Assembly: GCA_015064295.1 (NCBI GenBank)
Contig: SVSM01000002.1
Span: 5,872-69,871 of the forward strand
Direction: 5' to 3'
DNA: 64,000 nucleotides
Origin: Oscillospiraceae bacterium
Lineage (GTDB): Bacteria; Bacillota; Clostridia; Oscillospirales; CAG-272
Part shown: piece by piece, positions 9,495 through 16,577 of the stretch
Position numbering within the stretch: the stretch's first letter is position 1
Layout of the letters: each line of letters begins with the position of its first letter
The notes under the pieces: model-generated
Seen by the model: only the letters and a program-made list of their open reading frames with translations
What the model was told of the DNA's origin: nothing
Databases searched by the model: none
Translations under genes and position numbers: made by a program

Positions 9495-10418
9495 TTATTG
9501 ATTATCTTTTAAAATATTTAAGATTTGAACCTTATAATTTAAAAATTCTTTGTTGTCAGGGGTTATCTGTAACACGTAATTGATCTGCCCAAGCAACCGT
9601 GAGAGATAGTTATATGGATTTTCCGGACTCCCCATGTGCGTCAAATGCTCTTGTACACCGAATTTTTTGCAGTAAAAAACTTCTTGACGAATCTGTCTTC
9701 GATAGCTTTTTTCCGTGTTTATTTTTTCATTAACCACGATCCCCGTGACCGTCTTTTTATTTCCTCCGGTGAAGCAACGTGTCTTTCTTCTGTTTAGTAT
9801 AAACCCTAATGATTTTAACTCGCCTTCAACGAATTTTATGACATTGGATTCGTCGAAGCTTCCGGAAAACGACATATCATCACAATAACGGGTATAACGG
9901 ATTTTACGTTCCTCACACCATTCACCGACCGTTTGGTCAAAATCACGCATAATGATATTGGATATTACGGGGGATGTGGGTGCGCCTTGCGGGAGAGATT
10001 CACCCTTGTAGCAAAGTAAGGAAAGCAGCACCCGAATTTGTTCGGAATATTTTTTTGCAGGGAAAACCTTTTCTTTCACAAGAGAATACTTTATACTGTC
10101 AAAAAAATTGTAAATGTCAAGCTTTAAAAGCTTTTCTTTTCCAACGTGACAAATTGCGTTTTTTCTTATACTGCTTGCCGGTTTATATGCTTTGGCATAA
10201 ATGGAAACCGGCTCGTATGCGAGAAGCTTTTCCGAAATGGCACGCTGTATTTTTTTTAACGGTTCGTCCGGGATAGAAAGCACTCGTATGCTTCCGTCGG
10301 ATTTTGGAATGCTTTTATTGTGATAATGGGCGTTTATATTGTTGCTTGTGGCATAAAGTGTTTTTGCTGTAACGCCTAAATCGGTTTCTAATGACTGCAA
10401 TTCCTTGTATACGATCAT
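9495..10418 (-). CDS. Retron-type reverse transcriptase (RNA-directed DNA polymerase), 307 aa
   Basis: Motifs line up closely with classical retron RTs such as Ec86: IPKSDGSIRVLSIP, LDIYNFFDSI, LPQGAPTSPVISNI, YTRYCDDMSFS (YxDD box) and the retron-typical KTVTGIVVN. There is no maturase, endonuclease or fused effector domain. A GGAG Shine-Dalgarno lies 7 nt upstream of ATG 10418. Confidence 0.9.
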   Translation of the reverse strand: MIVYKELQSLETDLGVTAKTLYATSNNINAHYHNKSIPKSDGSIRVLSIPDEPLKKIQRAISEKLLAYEPVSIYAKAYKPASSIRKNAICHVGKEKLLKLDIYNFFDSIKYSLVKEKVFPAKKYSEQIRVLLSLLCYKGESLPQGAPTSPVISNIIMRDFDQTVGEWCEERKIRYTRYCDDMSFSGSFDESNVIKFVEGELKSLGFILNRRKTRCFTGGNKKTVTGIVVNEKINTEKSYRRQIRQEVFYCKKFGVQEHLTHMGSPENPYNYLSRLLGQINYVLQITPDNKEFLNYKVQILNILKDNQ

Positions 10419-10627
10419 AGGTTATCTCCTCAAACAATACAAATTGTATAATGAAAGGCGCAGGAGTAAGGATATGCGACGAAAGTCGCATATAGCGCAC
10501 TTGTGCGCGAATTACTTCAAGCTCTTTCATTTGAGCCTGCGAATACGAAAAGATTAACTGCCGAGAACGACTCGCTCACGGTTCGATAATAAATCGAATA
10601 ACACTATTGTTTTTTTGGAGTATTGTA
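10419..10627 (-). ncRNA. Candidate retron msr/msd non-coding RNA (ends approximate)
   Basis: Lies immediately upstream of the RT on the same strand and downstream of a TTGACA-17-TAGTAT promoter. Terminal complementarity: CTCC...AAACAATA (10620-10605) with TATTGTTT..GGAG (10439-10426). Hairpins at 10582-10598, 10561-10581, 10495-10508 and 10472-10493. An enclosing stem ATGAAAG/CTTTCAT spans 10451-10530. Confidence 0.55.
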
Positions 10628-10633
10628 ATGTAT

Positions 10634-10662
10634 ATACTACACCTTAATTAAAGTTTTGTCAA
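10634..10662 (-). promoter_or_regulatory. Sigma-A type promoter driving the ncRNA-RT transcript
   Basis: On the minus strand: TTGACA (10662-10657), a 17-nt spacer, then TAGTAT (10639-10634). Confidence 0.55.
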
Positions 10663-10803
10663 GTGGCAATGATTCCTCATGCTTTATTTTCCGGAAACGG
10701 CAACACCGACAATCCCGAGGAGAAGCTCATGCATTTACGGGAACAGGGCTTGCATGACTAAAACCGTCGCCTTTGCCTGATAAACATTCCCTCTGATCGC
10801 ATG

Positions 10804-10843
10804 AAAAACAAAACGAACCGGTTCTTTTGAACCGGTTCTTTTC
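10804..10843. terminator. Bidirectional hairpin terminator downstream of abrB
   Basis: GAACCGGTTC TTTT GAACCGGTTC, flanked by an A-run and a T-run. On the minus strand GTTTTGTTTTT follows the stem. Confidence 0.7.
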
Positions 10844-10868
10844 ATATAGTAGCCTTACGGCAGTATCC

Positions 10869-11114
10869 TTACAGTGAAGCGATCTTGGCAATACAGCTAC
10901 GGCAGAGCAGCTTGCCGCCGAAATGCGTGACGTTATCGGCGTCCCCGCAGAAAATACAGGCGGGCTGATATTTTTTCAGAATGATACGGTCGTCGTCGAT
11001 AAAAATTTCGACGGCATCGCCCTTATTGTCGATCTCCATGCTTTTTCGGATTTCAATGGGAAGCACGATGCGTCCCAGCTCGTCCACTTTTCTGACAATT
11101 CCCGTCGATTTCAT
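10869..11114 (-). CDS. abrB: AbrB/SpoVT-family transition-state regulator with a C-terminal 4-Cys motif
   Basis: MKSTGIVRKVDELGRIVLPIEIRKSM...IILKKYQP is a canonical AbrB swapped-hairpin N-domain. The C-terminus carries CIFCG...CRSC. Confidence 0.88.
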   Translation of the reverse strand: MKSTGIVRKVDELGRIVLPIEIRKSMEIDNKGDAVEIFIDDDRIILKKYQPACIFCGDADNVTHFGGKLLCRSCIAKIASL

Positions 11115-11186
11115 TGTAGGTTCTCCATTTCTTAGGGACGTTTTGGTGCGAGAGGGGCTCCCGACGCCAAAGGGGGTATGACTTGT

Positions 11187-11193
11187 TTCGACA
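11187..11193 (-). promoter_or_regulatory. Possible Spo0A box upstream of abrB
   Basis: Plus-strand TTCGACA equals minus-strand TGTCGAA and matches the 0A-box TGNCGAA. It lies about 75 nt upstream of the abrB start. A one-mismatch copy (TACGACA) is at 11269-11275. Confidence 0.3.
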
Positions 11194-11304
11194 ACATATT
11201 ACCATAAATTGTAAGTTCTGTCAACAGTTCTCAAAGGCAAAATCGGATTTTTTACAAATTGTTCACGTTACGACAAACCGAAATCAGAGGAAAGGGAGCG
11301 AGAT

Positions 11305-11886
11305 ATGGCACTCAAGGTATCGGGGATCTTAATGGCGATCTCCTTTTTGTCGGCGGCCCTTGGCGGAAGAATGGAGGCGGTATCGGAGGCAGCCCTTGCG
11401 GGCTGTAGCAAGGCGGTGACGCTGACGCTGTCCCTTTTGGGGCTCATGTGTCTCTGGGGAGGCATTATGGGGGTGGCAAGGGAAAGCGGGCTTCTTGACC
11501 GCTTGGCAAAGCTCCTGTCGCCGCTTTTGCGGCTGGTCTTTCCCGACGCCTACCGAAGCGGGAAGGGGATCCGCGAGATCGCGGCGGCCATCGTGGCCAA
11601 CGTTCTCGGGGTAGGGAACGCCGCCACCCCTCTTGCCGTATCGGCCATGGAGGCCTTGGCCGAGGGACACGAGGGGGAGACGGCCAGTGACGATATGGTG
11701 ACCTTCACCGTCCTCGGCACGGCCTTTCCCGCCTTCGTTCCCACCACGGTCATTGCCCTTCGGGCGGCGGCGGGGAGCCGGAACCCCTTTGATGTCTTGC
11801 CCGCCGTTTGGATCTGCTCGGTCAGCTTGTCGGTCTTTGCCGTTCTGTTGGCAAGGGGGCTGCGGCGAGTAGGAAAGCGCTCATGA
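11305..11886 (+). CDS. spmA: Spore maturation protein A (nucleoside-recognition domain membrane protein)
   Basis: A family-typical stretch, NVLGVGNAATPLAVSAMEAL, and the overall SpmA-like layout. It is translationally coupled to spmB. Confidence 0.8.
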   Translation: MALKVSGILMAISFLSAALGGRMEAVSEAALAGCSKAVTLTLSLLGLMCLWGGIMGVARESGLLDRLAKLLSPLLRLVFPDAYRSGKGIREIAAAIVANVLGVGNAATPLAVSAMEALAEGHEGETASDDMVTFTVLGTAFPAFVPTTVIALRAAAGSRNPFDVLPAVWICSVSLSVFAVLLARGLRRVGKRS

Positions 11887-12404
11887 CGGCCTTTTCCTAT
11901 ACCGTCATTCCCTTGATCCTGACGGTCATGGGGCTGGCCTGTGCCTTCTCGAAAAAGGACCTGCCGGGCGCGTTTTTAAAAGGTGCAAAGGAAGGGCTGA
12001 CCTCCGGCGTGGGCTTACTGCCCACCCTTGTGATCCTGATGACGGCCGTCTCGATGTTCAGCGCCGGCGGAGCGCCCGAGCTGCTATCCGAATGGCTCTC
12101 CCCCGTCATGACGAAGATCGGGATTCCACCGGAGCTGACGCCTCTTTTGATCGTCCGTCCCCTGTCAGGAAGCGGCTCTACCGCCCTGTTAAATGAGCTT
12201 TACGAGGCCCATGGTCCCGATAGCTTTGTAGCCAAATGCGCCTCGGTGCTGACGGCCTCCTCCGATACGCTGATCTACGTAACGGCCGTCTATCTGTCGG
12301 CCGCGGGGGTGAAAAAGTCCCGTCACACCGTGCCCGCCGCCATTCTTGTCATGTTGCTCGGTATCGTACTGTCCTGCTTTTTGGTGCAGGCGCTGGGAAT
12401 ATAA
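11883..12404 (+). CDS. spmB: Spore maturation protein B
   Basis: ATG 11883 overlaps the spmA stop (ATGA). The sequence ...IVRPLSGSGSTALLNELY... is SpmB-like. Confidence 0.8.
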   Translation: MTAFSYTVIPLILTVMGLACAFSKKDLPGAFLKGAKEGLTSGVGLLPTLVILMTAVSMFSAGGAPELLSEWLSPVMTKIGIPPELTPLLIVRPLSGSGSTALLNELYEAHGPDSFVAKCASVLTASSDTLIYVTAVYLSAAGVKKSRHTVPAAILVMLLGIVLSCFLVQALGI

Positions 12405-12446
12405 AAACCCTGCGAAGGGCGTAAGCGCTTCGCAGGGCGTTTCTCT

Positions 12447-13256
12447 TTATTTTTTTACGTGAACGTCCAGCTGAGGATAAGGAATATCAATGCCGTTTTG
12501 ATCGAAGAGCACCTTGATCTGCTCGGTAAGATCAAACTTCACGTCCCAGTAGTTCTCGGCCTTGCACCAGACGCGGACGGTGAACTGCAGAGAGGAATCG
12601 GTCAGCGCCGTCATACGGACGAAGGGGGCGGGAGCTGTCAGGACCGATTGGTGAGCGGAAAGGGTCTTTAAGATCAAGGCCTTTGCCTGCTCGGCATCGG
12701 TGCCGTAATCGGCGGTAAAGACTAAATCCACCCGGCGGTTTTCCTCACGGGAGTAGTTGGTGATGATGGCGTTGGTCAGGGTGGAATTGGGGATGGTCAC
12801 GTGGCGGTTATCGGGGGTGATGAGGGTGGTGTAGAAGATACCGAGATCCGAAACCGTGCCGCCCACGCCGTCAGTCTCCACGTAGTCTCCCAGCTTCAGA
12901 GGCTTAAAGATCAGCAGCATGATACCGGCCGCCAGATTGGACAGGGATCCCTGAAGGGCAAGGGCAATGGCGGCACCGGCCGAGCCGACCACCGCAATGA
13001 CCGAAGCCATGGGAACGCCGAGTATCGCAACGAGGATCACGATGAGCATAACGTGAAGGGCGACCTTGGTGATGCTCATGAAGAACTGTCTGGCGGTGGG
13101 ATCCAGGGGGTGCTTGTCGCTTCCCTTGGGGAAGTGCTTGAGAGCAAATTTGATCAAAGCGCGGCCGATGATGAGGACCAGCAGCGCGCCGATCAGCTTT
13201 AAGGCAATATCAAAGCAAACGTCGGACACGGTGTCCCATAAGGTTTTCCAATCCAT
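12447..13256 (-). CDS. Small-conductance mechanosensitive channel (MscS family)
   Basis: Three TM segments followed by the MscS beta domain (KPLKLGDYVETDGVGGTVSDLGIFYTTLITPDNRHVTIPNS). Start chosen at MDWKTLWD (ATG 13256). Confidence 0.88.
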   Translation of the reverse strand: MDWKTLWDTVSDVCFDIALKLIGALLVLIIGRALIKFALKHFPKGSDKHPLDPTARQFFMSITKVALHVMLIVILVAILGVPMASVIAVVGSAGAAIALALQGSLSNLAAGIMLLIFKPLKLGDYVETDGVGGTVSDLGIFYTTLITPDNRHVTIPNSTLTNAIITNYSREENRRVDLVFTADYGTDAEQAKALILKTLSAHQSVLTAPAPFVRMTALTDSSLQFTVRVWCKAENYWDVKFDLTEQIKVLFDQNGIDIPYPQLDVHVKK

Positions 13257-13317
13257 ACAAACGTTACCTACTTTCGAATGGCAAAAATCGGGAAAAGAAT
13301 GACTTTCGGCCCTGGGG

Positions 13318-13692
13318 TTATGTAAGGGCTTTGAGGATACAGTCTGCCGTGGCGCGGTTGTTGGCCATCGGCACATCGTAGACCTGAGCGATACGGAGGA
13401 GGGCCTTGACGTCGGGGTCGTGAGGCATGGCAGTCAAGGGATCGGAGAAGAAGATGATGACATCGATCTCCCCTACGGCGACCCGAGCGCCGATCTGCTG
13501 ATCGCCTCCCAGAGGGCCGCTTAAATAGGCCTTCACAGGAAGACCGGTGGCCTCGCTGATCTTGCTCGCCGTAGTGCCGGTTCCGCAGAGAAAATGATGG
13601 GAGAGGATCTCCTTATTTTTCTCACACCACGCGATCATGGCGGGCTTCATATTATCGTGAGCGATGAGTGCAATACGCTTGGCGGCGGTCAT
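13318..13692 (-). CDS. mgsA: Methylglyoxal synthase
   Basis: RIALIAHDNMKP...LCGTGTT...SGPLGGDQQIG...DPLTAMPHDPDVKALLR. Confidence 0.92.
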   Translation of the reverse strand: MTAAKRIALIAHDNMKPAMIAWCEKNKEILSHHFLCGTGTTASKISEATGLPVKAYLSGPLGGDQQIGARVAVGEIDVIIFFSDPLTAMPHDPDVKALLRIAQVYDVPMANNRATADCILKALT

Positions 13693-13695
13693 GAC

Positions 13696-15153
13696 TTACT
13701 CCTTTTCGGGGTCGTTGGACTTGGTCAGCTTGTGAAGCATCAGCTGCTTCACGTCCCAGAGCTTGGGAGAGAGGTCAACGTAGTAGTTGTGAGGATTCTC
13801 AAAGCGCTTGACCTCGTCCCACTGCAGCTCCAGCTGCTCGGCGCAGTAGCGGCGGATCTCGGCGGTAGAAGGGGACTCGTAGACGCAGACGCCGTCACGG
13901 AAGATGGGCTTCAGCAGCTCAACGGCCTCAAAATCGGTGAGCGTCTTGGCCTTCCAGGTATAAATGGGATCAAAGATGGTAAGAGGCTTGGAGGTGTCCA
14001 CCGTTTCGTCGTGAACGGTGATATAATCGGCGATTGCCTTGCCGGTTTCCTTCTCGATCAGGCGGTAGACCTTCTTGAAGTGAGGGGTGGTGACCTTTTC
14101 GGGGTTTTCGCTGATCTTGATCTTAGGCAGGATGTTGCCCTCCTTGTCCTCCACGGCGCAGAGCTTGTAGACGCCGCCGAAGACGGGGGTGCTCTTGGAG
14201 GTGATCAGCCGCTCGCCCACGCCGAAGGCATCGATCTTGGCGCCCTGCTTTAAGAGGTCGCGGATGATGTACTCATCCAGCGCGTTGGAGGCCACGATCT
14301 TACAGTCGGGAAGTCCGGCATCGTCCAGCATCTTTCTGGCCTTGCGGGAGAGATAGGTAAGGTCGCCCGAATCGATACGGATGGCGCACTTGGTGATGCC
14401 GTTGGCCTTGAAGGCGCGGATGGCGTTGGGCACGCCGGAGGTCAGGACGTTGTAGGTGTCCACCAGCAGGGTGCTGGCGGTGGGATAGAGCTTGCAATAG
14501 GTATCAAAGGCTTCGTATTCCGAATCGAACATGAGGACCCAGGAGTGAGCCATGGTGCCGGTGGCGGGAACGCCGTGGCGCTCCTCGGCGATGGCGCAGG
14601 CGGTGCCGGCGCATCCGGCGATGTAGGCGGCTCTTGCGCCCAGAATGGCACCGGAGGGGCCTTGTGCGCGGCGGGAGCCGAACTCGCTGATAGCCCGTCC
14701 CTCGGCGGCGCGTACGATACGGCTGGCCTTGGTGGCGATCATGGATTGATGGTTGAGAGTCAGGAGCACAAAGGTCTCGATAAACTGGGCCTCGATGGCG
14801 GGTGCCCGCACCGTCATGATCGGCTCACCCGGGAAGACCGGAGTACCCTCGGGCACGGCGTAGATGTCTCCCGTGAAGCGGAAGGTGCGGAGATAGTCAA
14901 GAAAACGCTCGTCAAAGCAACCCTTGGAGCGGAGGTAGGCGATATCGTCCTCGGTGAAGGTCAGATCCTTGATATACTCAATGACCTGCTCAAGACCGCA
15001 GGCGATGGCAAAGCCGCCGCCGTCGGGATTTTGGCGGTAGAACACGTCAAAATAGGAGATCTTGTCCTGAAAGCCGGTTAAAAAGTAACCGTTTCCCATC
15101 GTCAGCTCGTAGAAATCAAAGAGCATGGTGTAATTTTCGCGCAAGTATTTCAT
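13696..15153 (-). CDS. pncB: Nicotinate phosphoribosyltransferase
   Basis: MLFDFYELTMGNGYF...EFGSRRAQG...GTMAHSWV. Start at ATG 15153 with GGAGG 7 nt upstream. Confidence 0.9.
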   Translation of the reverse strand: MKYLRENYTMLFDFYELTMGNGYFLTGFQDKISYFDVFYRQNPDGGGFAIACGLEQVIEYIKDLTFTEDDIAYLRSKGCFDERFLDYLRTFRFTGDIYAVPEGTPVFPGEPIMTVRAPAIEAQFIETFVLLTLNHQSMIATKASRIVRAAEGRAISEFGSRRAQGPSGAILGARAAYIAGCAGTACAIAEERHGVPATGTMAHSWVLMFDSEYEAFDTYCKLYPTASTLLVDTYNVLTSGVPNAIRAFKANGITKCAIRIDSGDLTYLSRKARKMLDDAGLPDCKIVASNALDEYIIRDLLKQGAKIDAFGVGERLITSKSTPVFGGVYKLCAVEDKEGNILPKIKISENPEKVTTPHFKKVYRLIEKETGKAIADYITVHDETVDTSKPLTIFDPIYTWKAKTLTDFEAVELLKPIFRDGVCVYESPSTAEIRRYCAEQLELQWDEVKRFENPHNYYVDLSPKLWDVKQLMLHKLTKSNDPEKE

Positions 15154-15174
15154 GGTAAACCTCCAAGGCAATGG

Positions 15175-15786
15175 TCAGCGTTTGATTTGAATGTATTCGC
15201 GGATGCGAAGCGGGACACCGCAGGCATCGGCGATGGCTTGACAGTCGGCCAGCTCGGTATCGGGGATGGTCCCCCGCACCACCGAGAAGACGACGGAGGG
15301 GGCGATCTCCTTGACACGTTTCGCAAAGGTTAAGAGAGCCGAGAAGGCCTCGGTTCCGTAGCGGGAACGGCAAACGGCCTGATAACCGTCGGGCGTGGCG
15401 GCGTTTAAGCTGATCGAGATGACGTCAAGCAAGCCGGCAAAATCGGGCGCGGTATTCCGTCCGGCGATGAGATCGGCCTGCCCGTTGGTGTTGAGACGGA
15501 TGGGAAGGGAGGGGAAGCGGGCCTTCAGCTCACGGCAGACGAAGAGCATATCGTCCAGCCGCTCGGTGGGCTCGCCGTAGCCGCAAAAGACCACCGCCTC
15601 GTAGGCAAGAGGATCCTTGGCTAAAATATCGTCAAGAATCTCCTCCCGTGTCGGCTCCCGCTCAAGCCAAAGGTTGTCGGCATAGAAGCCGTCCGCTTGA
15701 GTACGGACACAAAAGCCGCAGCGGTTGGGACATCGGTTGGTGATATTTACGTACAGAGACGTTCCGTAGGAATAAGCAATGGTCAT
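15175..15786 (-). CDS. TatD-associated radical SAM protein
   Basis: CPNRCGFC radical-SAM cluster motif. The start overlaps the tatD stop (ATGA), which is the usual TatD/radical-SAM pairing. Confidence 0.8.
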   Translation of the reverse strand: MTIAYSYGTSLYVNITNRCPNRCGFCVRTQADGFYADNLWLEREPTREEILDDILAKDPLAYEAVVFCGYGEPTERLDDMLFVCRELKARFPSLPIRLNTNGQADLIAGRNTAPDFAGLLDVISISLNAATPDGYQAVCRSRYGTEAFSALLTFAKRVKEIAPSVVFSVVRGTIPDTELADCQAIADACGVPLRIREYIQIKR

Positions 15787-16577
15787 GGCGTTACGGTAAG
15801 ACCGGTCTTGGGAAAGAGCCGGGCGGTGTTGGTCAGGGTTTGTTTCGCCAATGCCTCGGGAGAAACGCCCCGAAGCTCGGCGGCCTTTTCCAAGGTCAGG
15901 CGGAGATAGCTCGAATCGTTTCGTTGACCGCGATAGGGGTGAGGCGTCAGATAGGGGCAATCGGTTTCAATGAGAATGCGGTCATCGGGAATCGTGGGGA
16001 CGATAGCGGCAAGACGGGAGGCATTCTTGAAGGTGATCACCCCCGAAAAGGAGATATACCAGCCCCGCCTCACAAGCTCGGCCGCCGTTTCGGCGCTGCC
16101 GCTGAAGCTGTGGAAGACACCGCGAGCGTTGGGATGCTGAAGCACGACGTCAAGGCAATCGCCGTGGGCGTCGCGGTCGTGGATGATGACGGGGAGGGAC
16201 AGCTCCTCGGCCAACGTCAGCTGACGGTGGAACCATTCCTTTTGAAAGTCCTTCCGTTCCTCGTGCCAGTGATAGTCGAGGCCGATTTCGCCAATGGCCA
16301 CCGTCTTGGGGTGGGCGGCCATGGTGCGGATCTCCTCAAAGGCCACATCAGGATCGTCAAGCTCGTAGAGGTCGGAGGGATGAAGCCCCACGGCGGCGAA
16401 GACCGTATCAAAGGTCTCCGCGATGGCCAGGGATTCCCGGCAGTTCCGCGGTTCGGTACCCACGTTGATGAGATAGCCCACGTCTCCCGACAGGATCTCG
16501 GCGATGCGGGCGTTTCGTTCCGTCTCATCCCCGAAGGCACGGTCGTTGTAGTGAGCATGGGAATCAAAGAGGATCAT
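15783..16577 (-). CDS. tatD: TatD family metal-dependent hydrolase/DNase
   Basis: MILFDSHAHYND...IGEIGLDYHW...IIHDRDAHGD...ETDCPYLTP. Confidence 0.9.
   Translation of the reverse strand: MILFDSHAHYNDRAFGDETERNARIAEILSGDVGYLINVGTEPRNCRESLAIAETFDTVFAAVGLHPSDLYELDDPDVAFEEIRTMAAHPKTVAIGEIGLDYHWHEERKDFQKEWFHRQLTLAEELSLPVIIHDRDAHGDCLDVVLQHPNARGVFHSFSGSAETAAELVRRGWYISFSGVITFKNASRLAAIVPTIPDDRILIETDCPYLTPHPYRGQRNDSSYLRLTLEKAAELRGVSPEALAKQTLTNTARLFPKTGLTVTP

Larger units (their letters stand above)
9490..10690. mobile_element. AT-rich horizontally acquired islet carrying a retron-type RT and its upstream structured non-coding region. No integrase or flanking repeats are visible.
   Basis: I hand-counted sample 60-nt lines. 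Inside the RT gene they give about 23-40 percent G+C. A neighbouring spoIVB line gives about 68 percent. The boundaries are approximate. Confidence 0.6.

Noticed and set aside
9495-10418. The RT might be a group II intron, a DGR, or an Abi/UG-type enzyme.
   Set aside because: There is no maturase or endonuclease domain and no intron RNA domains. No template/variable repeat pair is visible. At 307 aa it is too small for Abi/UG RTs. The YxDD context and VTG motif match retron RTs.
10315-10530. A 71-codon minus-strand ORF spanning the predicted msd region and overlapping the RT start. This is long for such AT-rich DNA.
   Set aside because: There is no Shine-Dalgarno before its ATG. It runs through the strongest hairpins and overlaps the RT in another frame, so it is most likely non-coding. 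I keep it in mind only because RT-plus-ncRNA systems can create ORFs from cDNA, which I cannot test here.
10669-10761. A 30-codon plus-strand ORF (MIPHALFSGNGNTDNPEEKLMHLREQGLHD) in the higher-G+C stretch between the retron promoter and the abrB terminator.
   Set aside because: It has no ribosome-binding site and no recognisable similarity. It may be a relic of the pre-insertion spacer.
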